Source: an uncultured Ruminococcus sp. (lineage in GTDB: Bacteria > Bacillota > Clostridia > RUG12999). Taken from it: a stretch of DNA of 38,890 nt. Each line of letters opens with the position of its first letter. Position 1 is the first letter of the stretch. The DNA is taken from NCBI GenBank assembly GCA_902784685.1, contig CACZWA010000013.1, positions 1 to 38,890 of the forward strand, written 5' to 3'. Under the pieces are notes generated by a model. The model did no database searches. It was not told the origin of the DNA and was given only the letters and a program-made list of their open reading frames with translations. Shown piece by piece: positions 20,722 to 31,041 of this stretch. Both the position numbers and the translations under genes were made by a program.

Positions 20722-22080
20722 TTATTCTAATATGTCGTCAATATCTTTAAAGCCTCGGTGAGTCGTTACAACAATAACGGTATCGCCTTCTTGTATTACG
20801 TCATAGCCTCTCGGCGTCATAATGCTACCTTCTCTGTTTATGCAGGCAATTATGATATTACTTTTTAAATTAAGACTTTCAATTGTCTTGCCCGCAACAG
20901 GTGAATTTTCATTTATTCGGAATTCAAGCGCTTCCGCTTTTCCGTCAAGAATAAGGTGCATTGTTTCTATATTGCTGTCAATTGAGTTGTTTTTTGCACG
21001 GACAAACTTAACAATATATTCAGCCGTTATATTTTTTGGATATATAGTTGTATCAAGATTAAGATTATTTATAACATCATCGTAAGCAATACGGTTTATT
21101 TTTGTGATAAGCTTTCCGTCGCACTTGCTTTTTGCAAAAAGCGAAAGAAGAATGTTTTCTTCATCAATATTTGTAAGAGCAACAAAAGATTCCGTATATT
21201 CAAGCCCTGCTTCCAGCAAAACATGGTTATCCGTGCCGTCTCCGTTAATTATGGTTGCTTTTGGCAAAAGCCTGCAAAGCTCCTCGCATCTCGCCTGATT
21301 TTGCTCTATTATTTTAACCTTAATTCCGGTCTGCAAAAGATTTTTTGCAAGATAATACGCCGTAGCTCCGCCGCCGACTATCATTGTATCTTTAACCTTA
21401 TTTGTTTTTACACCGATTTTCTTGAAGAAAAACGCTCCGCTTTGCTGTGAGGCAACAATGCTTATTCTGTCCCCTGCTTTTATAACGAAATCTCCGCCCG
21501 GAATAAACGCTTTATCTCCTCTTTCAATGCCGCAAACAAGCACATCGCATTTGAGCTTTCCGCTTATGTCGGCAACTATCATATCTGCAAGAGGCGAGTC
21601 TTGAGAAACACGGAATTTTAAAATTTCCACTCTGCCTTTTGCGAAGGTATCAATCTGAATTGCAGACGGAAATTTCAAAACCCTTGCAATTTCATCCGCC
21701 GCAGTTTGCTCCGGATTTATTATCATAGCAAGACCGAGATCCTCTTTGAAGAGGTGAAGTTCCTTACCGTATTCGGGTTTGCGCACTCTCGCAATAGTCT
21801 GGCAATCGCCCGACTTTTTTGCAATAAGGCAGGTTAAAAGGTTCAGTTCGTCCGAACCTGTTACGGCAATCAGCAAATCCGCATCCTTAACGCCTGCGTC
21901 AAGCAGGGTGTCAAGGCTTGTTCCGCTGCCGACAACACCCATTATATCATATTGATTTATAAGGTCATGCACAACGCCTGCACGCAGGTCAACAACGGTT
22001 ATATCATGCTCCTGTTCACCGCTGAGCTGTTCTGCAAGCTTCTGACCTACCTTGCCGCAACCGACAATTATAATATTCAT
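20722..22080 (-). CDS. trkA: Trk potassium uptake regulatory subunit
   Basis: Two RCK_N/RCK_C pairs (IVGCGKVG, IVGGG); ATG 22080. Confidence 0.96.
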   Translation of the reverse strand: MNIIIVGCGKVGQKLAEQLSGEQEHDITVVDLRAGVVHDLINQYDIMGVVGSGTSLDTLLDAGVKDADLLIAVTGSDELNLLTCLIAKKSGDCQTIARVRKPEYGKELHLFKEDLGLAMIINPEQTAADEIARVLKFPSAIQIDTFAKGRVEILKFRVSQDSPLADMIVADISGKLKCDVLVCGIERGDKAFIPGGDFVIKAGDRISIVASQQSGAFFFKKIGVKTNKVKDTMIVGGGATAYYLAKNLLQTGIKVKIIEQNQARCEELCRLLPKATIINGDGTDNHVLLEAGLEYTESFVALTNIDEENILLSLFAKSKCDGKLITKINRIAYDDVINNLNLDTTIYPKNITAEYIVKFVRAKNNSIDSNIETMHLILDGKAEALEFRINENSPVAGKTIESLNLKSNIIIACINREGSIMTPRGYDVIQEGDTVIVVTTHRGFKDIDDILE

Positions 22081-22128
22081 TATTTCGACTTTTCCTTTCA
22101 CAAATAAAATAATATTCTCTAATTCACA

Positions 22129-22157
22129 ATTATAACAAAATAATCAAAAAAAGTCAA
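22129..22157 (-). promoter_or_regulatory. sigmaA promoter for trk operon
   Basis: TTGACT-17-TATAAT with TGn extension. Confidence 0.75.
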
Positions 22158-22252
22158 GCATTGTAAACCGCATTGAACAGCTTAATTCTGCACAAAAAAA
22201 ATCACGTTTTTAAACAATTATTGTGTTATTAGCCGAAATTGCTTTTTTTCTC

Positions 22253-22319
22253 TTTACTTTTTATATTTTTTGTTGTATAATTATTCACATAAGATGATTT
22301 TAAATTAATTTTTATTCAT
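22253..22319 (+). promoter_or_regulatory. arg operon promoter with two ARG (ArgR) boxes
   Basis: TTTACT-17-TATAAT. TTGTATAATTATTCAC (22273-22288) overlaps the -10; a second box ATTAATTTTTATTCAT lies at 22304-22319. Confidence 0.7.
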
Positions 22320-22334
22320 TTAGGGTGTGTTTTT

Positions 22335-23264
22335 ATGCAAAAAATTTTTATAGACGGAAGTGCCGGCACAACAGGACTCAGAATTTACGACAGACTCGGC
22401 TCAAGAAGCGATATTGAGCTGTTTACTCTTTCCGACTCCGACCGAAAAGACCCTATAAAACGTGCCGACGCCATTAACGACTCGGATATAACTTTTCTTT
22501 GCCTGCCTGATGACGCTTCTCGTGAGGCTGTGAGCTTTGTTAAAAACCCGAATACGGTAATCATAGATACATCAACCGCTCACCGAACAGAGCAGGGCTG
22601 GGCATACGGTTTTCCGGAGCTTTCAAAGGAACATAAAGAGGCTCTCTCTCACTCAAAGAGAATAGCTGTTCCGGGTTGCCATGCAAGCGGCTTTATTGCC
22701 CTTGTTTATCCTCTCATAAAAAACGGATATTTATCTCCAAACGCTCTTTTAACCTGTCATTCTCTTACGGGTTACAGCGGCGGCGGAAAGAAAATGATTG
22801 CACAGTATGAAGAAGAAAAAAACGACCTGCTTAAAGCTCCCAGACAGTACGGAATAACTCAAACTCACAAACATTTAAAAGAAATGGTTAATGTATGCGG
22901 ACTTGAAAATTCACCTCTATTTTGCCCGATTGTTGCGGACTTTTACAGCGGCATGGAGGTAAGCGTTCCCTTATTTGCTTCACAGCTTGAAGGCGGCAAA
23001 ACAATTGACAATATTAAAGAGCTTTATGCAAATACATATAAAAGCAGTATCGTATATTACAGCGAAAACTCCGACGAGAACGGCTTTTTATCCGCCGCAA
23101 AGCAATCTGGCAAGGATATTATGGAAATATCCGTTTTCGGTAACTGCGAGAGAATTTTGCTTACGGCAAGATACGATAACCTCGGCAAAGGAGCTTCGGG
23201 ATCGGCAATAGAATGTATGAATATTGTTCTCGGCTCTGATGAAAAAACAGGACTTGTTTTATAA
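22335..23264 (+). CDS. argC: N-acetyl-gamma-glutamyl-phosphate reductase (short, type 2 form)
   Basis: IFIDGSAGTTGL, STAHR, PGCHASG, GYSGGGK, DNLGKGASG. Confidence 0.96.
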   Translation: MQKIFIDGSAGTTGLRIYDRLGSRSDIELFTLSDSDRKDPIKRADAINDSDITFLCLPDDASREAVSFVKNPNTVIIDTSTAHRTEQGWAYGFPELSKEHKEALSHSKRIAVPGCHASGFIALVYPLIKNGYLSPNALLTCHSLTGYSGGGKKMIAQYEEEKNDLLKAPRQYGITQTHKHLKEMVNVCGLENSPLFCPIVADFYSGMEVSVPLFASQLEGGKTIDNIKELYANTYKSSIVYYSENSDENGFLSAAKQSGKDIMEISVFGNCERILLTARYDNLGKGASGSAIECMNIVLGSDEKTGLVL

Positions 23265-23316
23265 AAGCTCATTTTAAACCGGCTAATTATAAATATTTAA
23301 GATTGGAGAGAAAGCG

Positions 23317-24528
23317 GTGAATATTATAAACGGCGGCATCTGTGCCGCAAAAGGATTTACGGCAAACGGAGTGCATTGCGGATTGCGCCGCAATCACACA
23401 AAAAAGGACCTTGCTCTTATTGTGAGTGAAGTTCCTGCGGTTACATCTGCGGTATATACGACAAATCTCGTTAAAGGTGCGCCTATAGTACTCGATAAAA
23501 AACATCTTGAAAATCACACAGCGCAAGCTATCATATGCAACAGCGGCAACGCAAATACCTGCAACGCCAACGGCATGGAGGTTGCAGACAGCATGGCGGA
23601 GCTTGTTCATAAACATATGGGAATAAAAAAAGAGGACGTAGTTGTTGCCTCTACAGGCGTAATCGGTCAACCGCTTGATATAACGCCGATTGCAGGTGGT
23701 ATGGAAAAACTTGTCGGGGGGCTTGCCGATAACAGCAAAGACGCCGCGCACGCCATTATGACCACCGACACGGAGCTTAAAGAAATTGCTTTAAGCTTTA
23801 AAATAGGCGAAAAAACCTGTCACATAGGTGGTATTGCAAAAGGTTCGGGAATGATACATCCCAACATGGCGACAATGCTTGTGTTTATCACCTCGGACGT
23901 TGCAATTTCCCCAAAAATGCTTGATAAGGCTCTTAAAAGCGATATTAAAAACACTTTCAATATGTTAAGTATCGACGGCGACACATCAACAAACGATATG
24001 GTTGTCGTTATGGCAAATGGTCTTGCCGAAAATCCTGTTATAGACAGCGAAGGCGCAGATTTTGATGAATTTGCAAAGGCGCTTAATACGATAAACATTT
24101 GGTTGTGCCGCAAAATTGCCGCCGATGGCGAAGGCGCAAGCAAGCTCCTTGAATGTAAGGTGAGCGGCGCAGATACCCTTGAAACCGCCAAAACGGTTGC
24201 GAAGTCCGTTATTTGCTCATCTCTTTTAAAAGCCGCCATGTTCGGCGCTGACGCCAACTGGGGACGTGTACTTTGCGCAATCGGTTACAGCGGTGCAGAT
24301 GTCGATGTGACAAAGGTTTCGGTAAAATTCAAATCCGCAAAAGGTGAAATTACCGTATGCGAAAACGGCGCAGGTGTGGACTTCTCGGAGGAAATTGCAA
24401 AAGAAATTCTTCTTGAAAACGAAATAGATATTCTTATAAATTTAGGTGACGGCAAATATTCCTCAACAGCCTGGGGCTGTGACCTCACATACGACTACGT
24501 TAAAATAAACGGCGATTACAGAACCTGA
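23317..24528 (+). CDS. argJ: ornithine acetyltransferase / N-acetylglutamate synthase
   Basis: NSGNAN, STGVIG, AIMTTD, KGSGMIHPNMATML, DGDTSTND, DGEGA; GTG start. Confidence 0.98.
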   Translation: MNIINGGICAAKGFTANGVHCGLRRNHTKKDLALIVSEVPAVTSAVYTTNLVKGAPIVLDKKHLENHTAQAIICNSGNANTCNANGMEVADSMAELVHKHMGIKKEDVVVASTGVIGQPLDITPIAGGMEKLVGGLADNSKDAAHAIMTTDTELKEIALSFKIGEKTCHIGGIAKGSGMIHPNMATMLVFITSDVAISPKMLDKALKSDIKNTFNMLSIDGDTSTNDMVVVMANGLAENPVIDSEGADFDEFAKALNTINIWLCRKIAADGEGASKLLECKVSGADTLETAKTVAKSVICSSLLKAAMFGADANWGRVLCAIGYSGADVDVTKVSVKFKSAKGEITVCENGAGVDFSEEIAKEILLENEIDILINLGDGKYSSTAWGCDLTYDYVKINGDYRT

Positions 24529-24549
24529 TAACGGAAAGGAAGAAAAGCT

Positions 24550-25404
24550 ATGGATATTACAAATGCACAAAGGGCAAGAGTTCTTGTTCATGCTCTCCCC
24601 TACATAAAAAAATATAACGGAAAAATTGTGGTTATTAAATACGGCGGCAATGCTATGCAAAGTGAAAAACTTAAAAACTCCGTTATGGGTGATATTGTAC
24701 TTCTTTCGCTTATAGGTGCAAAGGTTGTACTTGTCCACGGCGGCGGTCCTGAAATTACCGATATGCTCAAAACCATGGGTAAAAAGACAGAGTTTGTAAA
24801 CGGACTGAGAGTCACGGACGAAGAAACCGCTCAGGTAGCACAAATGATTCTTGCGGGTAAAATCAACAAAAGTCTTGTTAACCTTATTTCCAAAAAAGGC
24901 GGTAACGCAGTTGGACTTTGCGGAATTGACGGCAGAATTTTTGAAGCTAAAAAGCTTAGTGATGAGCTTGGTTTTGTGGGTGAAATAACAAAAGTGAATG
25001 CTGGACTTGTTTCGGATATTCTTGAAAAAGGCTATATTCCCGTTGTTGCAACCGTTGGTTGTGACAAAGAGGCTAACGTATATAACATAAATGCCGACAC
25101 GGCGGCGGCAAGGCTTGCAGGAGCGCTCGGAGCGGAAAGCTTTATATCTATGACGGATATAAGCGGCATACTGCGTGATAAAGACGACCCCGGCTCTCTT
25201 ATTCCGAAAATCACACTTGACGAAGCTCCCGAATTGATTAAGTCCGGTATAATAAACGGCGGAATGATACCGAAAGTGAACTGTTGCATTGATGCTATAA
25301 ATCACGGCGTTAAAAAAGTGTTTATAATTGACGGAACTGTTCCTCACTCGCTTCTTATTGAAACGCTTACGGACGAAGGAATAGGCACAATGGTAGTAAA
25401 ATAA
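24550..25404 (+). CDS. argB: acetylglutamate kinase
   Basis: VIKYGGNAM, VHGGGP, GLRVTD, NINAD, GGMIPK. Confidence 0.98.
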   Translation: MDITNAQRARVLVHALPYIKKYNGKIVVIKYGGNAMQSEKLKNSVMGDIVLLSLIGAKVVLVHGGGPEITDMLKTMGKKTEFVNGLRVTDEETAQVAQMILAGKINKSLVNLISKKGGNAVGLCGIDGRIFEAKKLSDELGFVGEITKVNAGLVSDILEKGYIPVVATVGCDKEANVYNINADTAAARLAGALGAESFISMTDISGILRDKDDPGSLIPKITLDEAPELIKSGIINGGMIPKVNCCIDAINHGVKKVFIIDGTVPHSLLIETLTDEGIGTMVVK

Positions 25405-25423
25405 TTCCGAAAGGAACAGAAAA

Positions 25424-26584
25424 ATGGATATAAAAAACGTTGATTCAACTTATATTGCAAACACTTACAACCGTTTTCCTATTCAGCTTTGCAAAGGAAA
25501 TGGAAGTCTTGTTTATGATGAAAACGGCAAAGAATATATTGATATGGGCAGCGGAATTGCCGTAAACTCTTTCGGCTTTTGCGATGAGGAATGGCAAAAT
25601 GTGGTAACAGCCCAGATTTCACAAATTCAGCATAGTTCAAATCTTTATTATACAGAGCCTTGTGCAAAGCTTGCGGAGCTTATATGCAAAAAAACCGGAA
25701 TGAGCAAGGTTTTCTTTGCAAATTCCGGTGCTGAAGCAAACGAGTGCGCTATTAAAACTGCAAGAAAATATGCCGCCGAAACAAAAGGAAGCGAATTCTA
25801 TACGATTATAACGCTTAAAAACAGCTTTCACGGCAGAACGCTTGCAACCCTTGCCGCTACCGGTCAGGACGTATTTCACAAAGATTTTCTTCCGCTTATG
25901 CCGGGCTTTGTTTACGCACAGGCAGGCGACACCGATGAACTGCACCGCCTTGTAAATGAAAACAAGTGCGCCGCAATTATGTTTGAGTGCGTTCAGGGTG
26001 AAGGCGGAGTTATACCTCTCAGCCAAGAATATGTTGATGAAATTGTAAAGGTTGCAAAAGAAAATAATCTCCTTGTAATATGCGATGAGGTGCAGACAGG
26101 CAACGGCAGAAGCGGCGAGCTTTACTCATATATGCACTACGGCATTAAGCCCGATATTTTCACGACAGCAAAAGGGCTTGGCGGAGGTTTACCGATAGGT
26201 GCCGCCGTTCTCGGTGAAAAGGTGCAAAACACTTTAACCGCCGGTACACACGGCTCAACTTTCGGCGGAAACCCGGTATGCTGTGCGGGAGCTTTGAGTA
26301 TTTTAAACCGTATTGATAGCCGCCTGCTTGAAGATGTAAAGAAAAAATCGGAATATATAATAAATTCTCTTTGCTCGGCAAAAGGAATAGAAAGTGTTAC
26401 AGGACTTGGACTTATGCTCGGCATAAAGACCGTAAAGCCTGCCTCTGATGTCATTAAAATCTGTATGGAAGGCGGCGTGCTTTGCCTTTCGGCAAAGGAT
26501 AAGGTTCGCCTTCTTCCTGCGCTGAATATTCCTTGGAATTTGCTTGAAAAAGCGGTAAGCGTTATAAAAACAGCCTCAGCGTAA
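25424..26584 (+). CDS. argD: acetylornithine aminotransferase
   Basis: NSGAEANE, SFHGRT, DEVQTG, AKGLGGG, HGSTFGGNP; operon context. Confidence 0.95.
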   Translation: MDIKNVDSTYIANTYNRFPIQLCKGNGSLVYDENGKEYIDMGSGIAVNSFGFCDEEWQNVVTAQISQIQHSSNLYYTEPCAKLAELICKKTGMSKVFFANSGAEANECAIKTARKYAAETKGSEFYTIITLKNSFHGRTLATLAATGQDVFHKDFLPLMPGFVYAQAGDTDELHRLVNENKCAAIMFECVQGEGGVIPLSQEYVDEIVKVAKENNLLVICDEVQTGNGRSGELYSYMHYGIKPDIFTTAKGLGGGLPIGAAVLGEKVQNTLTAGTHGSTFGGNPVCCAGALSILNRIDSRLLEDVKKKSEYIINSLCSAKGIESVTGLGLMLGIKTVKPASDVIKICMEGGVLCLSAKDKVRLLPALNIPWNLLEKAVSVIKTASA

Positions 26585-26592
26585 TATATTAT

Positions 26593-26627
26593 AAATCCCA
26601 CGGCAATGACCATTGCCGTGGGATTTT
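26593..26627. terminator. bidirectional intrinsic terminator
   Basis: AAATCCCACGGCAATG-AC-CATTGCCGTGGGATTT perfect 16-bp stem. Confidence 0.92.
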
Positions 26628-26628
26628 C

Positions 26629-28530
26629 TTACGCATTTATTATTTTCCTGTTGTCTTCTTTTTGCTTTTTAGTGTGCTTTACATCTCTTACATATGTCGG
26701 AACAACATCGGCTATAATATCTTTAATATATTCTTCATCGTCGGAAACAGCCGCCTTTTCAAGCTTTGCAAGAGATTTTTTGAGCGTATCCATATTTGTA
26801 AAAATCGGATGACCTATAAAAATCTTACTGTTATCTGTGCTTTGCAAGCCTTCCTCGTCCATAAGAAGCTCCTCATACAGCTTTTCGCCCGGTCTCAGCC
26901 CCGTAATCTTTATATCAATATCTTCATACGGTTTAAGCCCCGAAAGTCTTATAAGGTTAATCGCCAAATCGTAAATTTTAACCGGTTGCCCCATATCGAG
27001 CACAAAAATCTCTCCGCCCTTTGCATAGCACATTGCCTGGAGAACAAGCTGTGCCGCTTCCGGAATTGTCATAAAAAACCTGGTTATATCTTTATGCGTT
27101 ACGGTTATCGGTTTATGCTCTTCAATCTGCTTTTTAAAAAGCGGAATTACCGAGCCGTTACTGCCGAGCACGTTTCCAAATCTTACCGCAACAAATTCCG
27201 TCCTGCTTATCTCCTGCATTGATTGCACAATCATTTCGCAAATACGTTTTGTTGCGCCCATTACATTTGTAGGATTAACCGCCTTATCCGTAGATATAAG
27301 CACCATCTTTTTCACGCCGCAGTTATCGGACGCTTTTGCAACATTATATGTGCCGAAAACATTGTTTTTAATTGCTTCACCGGGATTATACTCCATAAGA
27401 GGAACATGTTTATGCGCCGCCGCATGGAAAACAATTTCCGGTTTATAGTGGTTAAAAACGTTTACAATTTTATCGTAATCACGCACCGATGCGATAATAA
27501 TACGCAGTTCCAGCATCGGATACTTTGTTGTTAACTCATTTTGCAAGTCATATGCGTTGTTTTCGTATATATCAAGCACAATGAGCATTTTAGGTCCATG
27601 CTTTGCAATCTGTCTGCAAAGCTCAGAGCCTATTGAGCCGCCGCCGCCCGTAACAAGAATTACTTTATTGTTTATTTCATTAACAATCTGTTCATCATTA
27701 AGCTTAACTTCTTTTCTCGGCAGCAAGTCCTCAATTTTGACCTGCCTTATATGATACGCAGCATCATCGTAAGACGATTCCGAATTTATCATTTCATCAA
27801 TTGACGGAATAGTATTAACTGCAAGCCCTGTCCGTGAACATATGGTATAAACCTTGCTTCTGACTTCTGCGCTTGCTTCCGGCAATGCCATTATTATTTC
27901 TTTAATATCGTTTTCACGGCATATTTTTTCAATATCTTTATATGTGCCAAGTATTTTTTTACCGTCAATGAACATGCCTACTTTGCTTTCATCCTCATCG
28001 ACTATTCCGCACACATCGTAGCTGCTCGTTTTACTGTTTGTAATAGAGCGCACAATCCAGCCTCCTGCATCTCCGCCGCCGACAATCAGCACCTTGATTT
28101 TTTTATTTGAAGGCGTCGAATTGGATATGCCGTAGTACATAAAACGTATTAAAACTCTTACGCCAACAGTAAACGCCGTAACAAATATAGCAGAAAGAAC
28201 GTTTGCTTTTACATTAAGAAAAAATTCTTGCGGCAGCAAAGCAGCTAAAACAGCAATAACAGCTCCTGCAATTGCAGACCATATAACCATCCAAAGAAAA
28301 TATCTTGTTGTGGCAAATTGTATTATATTTATATAAACCCTGCTGAAAACATAGGCTAATATATATATAATTTCGGCTGCAATAAGATTTATGCCAAACT
28401 GCAAACTACCCATTATTGTTGCTTCTTCCGTAAACGAATGTATAAAACCGAGCGCAACAATATATGAAATACCAATAAGAATAATGTCAAACAATAACAT
28501 TATTTTATTCTGTCTGCTTATTTTCCCCAT
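26629..28530 (-). CDS. membrane-anchored UDP-sugar 4,6-dehydratase (CapD/PglF/WbpM family)
   Basis: 4 N-terminal TM helices, LVTGGGGSIGSELCRQ, HAAAHKHVP, STDKAVNP, RFGNVLGS, GLRPGEKLYEEL. Confidence 0.94.
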   Translation of the reverse strand: MGKISRQNKIMLLFDIILIGISYIVALGFIHSFTEEATIMGSLQFGINLIAAEIIYILAYVFSRVYINIIQFATTRYFLWMVIWSAIAGAVIAVLAALLPQEFFLNVKANVLSAIFVTAFTVGVRVLIRFMYYGISNSTPSNKKIKVLIVGGGDAGGWIVRSITNSKTSSYDVCGIVDEDESKVGMFIDGKKILGTYKDIEKICRENDIKEIIMALPEASAEVRSKVYTICSRTGLAVNTIPSIDEMINSESSYDDAAYHIRQVKIEDLLPRKEVKLNDEQIVNEINNKVILVTGGGGSIGSELCRQIAKHGPKMLIVLDIYENNAYDLQNELTTKYPMLELRIIIASVRDYDKIVNVFNHYKPEIVFHAAAHKHVPLMEYNPGEAIKNNVFGTYNVAKASDNCGVKKMVLISTDKAVNPTNVMGATKRICEMIVQSMQEISRTEFVAVRFGNVLGSNGSVIPLFKKQIEEHKPITVTHKDITRFFMTIPEAAQLVLQAMCYAKGGEIFVLDMGQPVKIYDLAINLIRLSGLKPYEDIDIKITGLRPGEKLYEELLMDEEGLQSTDNSKIFIGHPIFTNMDTLKKSLAKLEKAAVSDDEEYIKDIIADVVPTYVRDVKHTKKQKEDNRKIINA

Positions 28531-28572
28531 TTTCCATTTCCCCTTTAATTAAATAATAAAGGTATTTGCGGA

Positions 28573-29964
28573 TTAAAACGCAATTTTCTTTGAAATATAC
28601 TCGTTAAGCTCGGAAATCTTAACACGCTCCTGCTCCATTGTATCACGGTCACGAACAGTTACGCAACCGTCCTCCTCGCTGTCGAAGTCATATGTTATGC
28701 AAAACGGTGTACCGATTTCGTCCTGTCTTCTGTATCTTTTTCCTATGCTTCCTGCATCGTCATATTCACACATAAAGTCCTTGCGGAGCTGTTCATAAAC
28801 TTTTTCCGCACTCTCGCCGAGTTTTTTGGAAAGCGGAAGTACAGCGGCTTTATACGGCGCAAGTGCAGGGTGAAGATGAAGAACTACTCTTGTATCATTT
28901 TCGCCCACCTGTTCCTCATCGTAAGCTTCAACAAGGAAAGCAAGGGTTACTCTGTCTGCGCCGAGTGACGGTTCTATTACATAAGGAATATATTTTTCAT
29001 TTGTGAATGGGTCTGTATATTCCATACTTTCGCCGGAAACATTCTGGTGCTGTGTGAGGTCAAAATCCGTTCTGTCGGCAATTCCCCAAAGCTCGCCCCA
29101 GCCAAACGGGAACATAAATTCAAAGTCGGTTGTTGCATTTGAATAGTGACTGAGTTCTTCCGGGTCATGGTCACGAAGGCGAAGATTTTCTTTGCTTATG
29201 CCAAGAGAATAAAGCCAATTTGCGCAAGCGTCTTTCCAATATGCAAACCATTCGAGGTCTGTGCCCGGCTTACAGAAAAACTCAAGCTCCATCTGCTCAA
29301 ACTCTCTTGTTCTGAAAGTGAAGTTACCGGGAGTTATTTCGTTTCTGAAAGATTTACCAACTTGTCCTACACCGAAAGGAACTTTTTTTCTTGTACTTCT
29401 CTGAATATTTTTGAAGTTGACAAATATTCCCTGTGCCGTTTCGGGACGAAGGTAAATTTCGGATTTGGAATCCTCCGTTACACCCTGAAATGTTTTAAAC
29501 ATAAGGTTAAACTTTCTTATATCGGTATAGTTAAGCTTGCCGCACACGGGGCAAACAATTTTATGCTCGTTTATATAGTCCATCATACCCTTGTCGTCAA
29601 GTACGGCAGGGTTAAAATCAATACCTTCTTTTGCAACATAGTCCTCAATAAGCTTGTCCGCTCTGTGACGTGTTTTACATTCCTTACAGTCGGTAAGCGG
29701 GTCGCTGAAGCCGCCAATATGTCCCGATGCTACCCATGTCTGCGGATTCATAAGTATTGCGGAATCAAGTCCCACATTATACTGACTTTCCTGGATAAAT
29801 TTTTTCCACCATGCTTTTTTAACATTATTTTTAAGCTCAACGCCGAGCGGACCGTAGTCCCAAGTATTTGCAAGTCCGCCGTAAATTTCGGAGCCTGCAA
29901 AAATAATGCCCCTGCTTTTTGAGAGCGCAACTATTTTATCCATTGTTTTTTCTGTGTTTTTCAT
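28573..29964 (-). CDS. glyQS: glycine--tRNA ligase (alpha2 type)
   Basis: [54 protein letters not shown]. Confidence 0.98.
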   Translation of the reverse strand: MKNTEKTMDKIVALSKSRGIIFAGSEIYGGLANTWDYGPLGVELKNNVKKAWWKKFIQESQYNVGLDSAILMNPQTWVASGHIGGFSDPLTDCKECKTRHRADKLIEDYVAKEGIDFNPAVLDDKGMMDYINEHKIVCPVCGKLNYTDIRKFNLMFKTFQGVTEDSKSEIYLRPETAQGIFVNFKNIQRSTRKKVPFGVGQVGKSFRNEITPGNFTFRTREFEQMELEFFCKPGTDLEWFAYWKDACANWLYSLGISKENLRLRDHDPEELSHYSNATTDFEFMFPFGWGELWGIADRTDFDLTQHQNVSGESMEYTDPFTNEKYIPYVIEPSLGADRVTLAFLVEAYDEEQVGENDTRVVLHLHPALAPYKAAVLPLSKKLGESAEKVYEQLRKDFMCEYDDAGSIGKRYRRQDEIGTPFCITYDFDSEEDGCVTVRDRDTMEQERVKISELNEYISKKIAF

Positions 29965-30019
29965 TGGTGAACATTCCTTTCTATGTATAAAAACCCTCGT
30001 TTTTTATTCTCTAATTTAT

Positions 30020-30048
30020 ATTCTACCACATAATATTCCTGCGGTCAA
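30020..30048 (-). promoter_or_regulatory. sigmaA promoter for glyQS
   Basis: TTGACC-17-TAGAAT with TGn extension. Confidence 0.7.
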
Positions 30049-30061
30049 GTGCTAAAATATG

Positions 30062-30228
30062 TCACATAACTGCACGGTACATTTCCTTTGCGCCGTCTTT
30101 TGTAACATGGTCGTCAATACTTTTGCAGGCTTATCGTTAATTAAAACTCTGTCGCCGCTGCAAGCTTCATTTGCAACCGTTCGGCGTTTTATGAGCCTTG
30201 ATACTTTCAAAAACTTATCTATTCTCAT
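30062..30228 (-). pseudogene. S4-domain RNA-binding protein (YabO/RqcP family) with internal deletion and frameshift
   Basis: N-terminal 36 aa [23 protein letters not shown]...KPAK. The family-like C-terminus [19 protein letters not shown] is in another frame, and the VKxGD segment is missing. Confidence 0.8.
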
Positions 30229-31027
30229 TTCCTGCCCTTTCTTCTTCCTTTGCCATATCCCAAAGCCTGTCCATTTCCTCAAAAGACATTTCTTCAAGTT
30301 TTCTGCCGCTTTCCGTTGCTTTCTTTTCTATATATCCAAAGCGGCGCATAAACTTTTTATTTGCCTTTTCCGCCGCAAGCTCCGGATTTACTTTTTCAAA
30401 ACGTGCTACGTTTACAACGGCAAAAAGCAAATCGCCAATTTCTTTTTCAATCTCTTCTGGATTTCCTTCTTCAACAGCCTTTTCAACCTCCGCCGTTTCT
30501 TCACGCACTTTATCGAGCTGTCCTTTTATTTCGCTCCAGTCAAAGCCCACCTTTGCCGCTTTGCCCTGAATTTTATACGCCCTAAGAAGGGCAGGCAAGC
30601 CTTTTGTAACGTCCTGCATTGCTCCCGAAACCGTCTTTATATCACGTTCGTTACGTTTTATTTTTTCCCAGTTGTCAAGCACTTTTTCACTTGTGTCAGC
30701 CTTAACGTTACCAAAAACATGCGGGTGCCGTTGTATCATCTTCTTTGAAACAAGGTCGCACACGTCGTCAAAGCAAAAAGTACCGTCCTCCGAGCCTATC
30801 TGTGACAACATTGTTATCTGCAAAAGCAAATCACCAAGCTCGTCCGCAAGCTTCATACCGCCTGTGTCGCATGCGTCAATCACCTCATACGCTTCTTCAA
30901 GAACGTATCTTTTAAGGCTTTCGTATGTCTGCTCTCTGTCCCACGGACAACCGCCCTCGCCTCTTAAAATAGCTGTAATTTTAAGAAAATCGTTTATATC
31001 GTATTTATCTTTAAATTCAAAATCCAT
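30215..31027 (-). CDS. mazG: nucleoside triphosphate pyrophosphohydrolase MazG
   Basis: [35 protein letters not shown]; no N-terminal methyltransferase-like domain. Confidence 0.96.
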   Translation of the reverse strand: MDFEFKDKYDINDFLKITAILRGEGGCPWDREQTYESLKRYVLEEAYEVIDACDTGGMKLADELGDLLLQITMLSQIGSEDGTFCFDDVCDLVSKKMIQRHPHVFGNVKADTSEKVLDNWEKIKRNERDIKTVSGAMQDVTKGLPALLRAYKIQGKAAKVGFDWSEIKGQLDKVREETAEVEKAVEEGNPEEIEKEIGDLLFAVVNVARFEKVNPELAAEKANKKFMRRFGYIEKKATESGRKLEEMSFEEMDRLWDMAKEEERAGNENR

Positions 31028-31041
31028 GCATATCTCTCTCT

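Noticed and set aside
22081-22160. c-di-AMP riboswitch upstream of trkA
   Set aside because: The leader is too short and AT-rich, with no GCTGAA/GGAA core
22335-26584. arg operon lacking argF/argG/argH
   Set aside because: Split arginine loci are common; loss cannot be judged from one window
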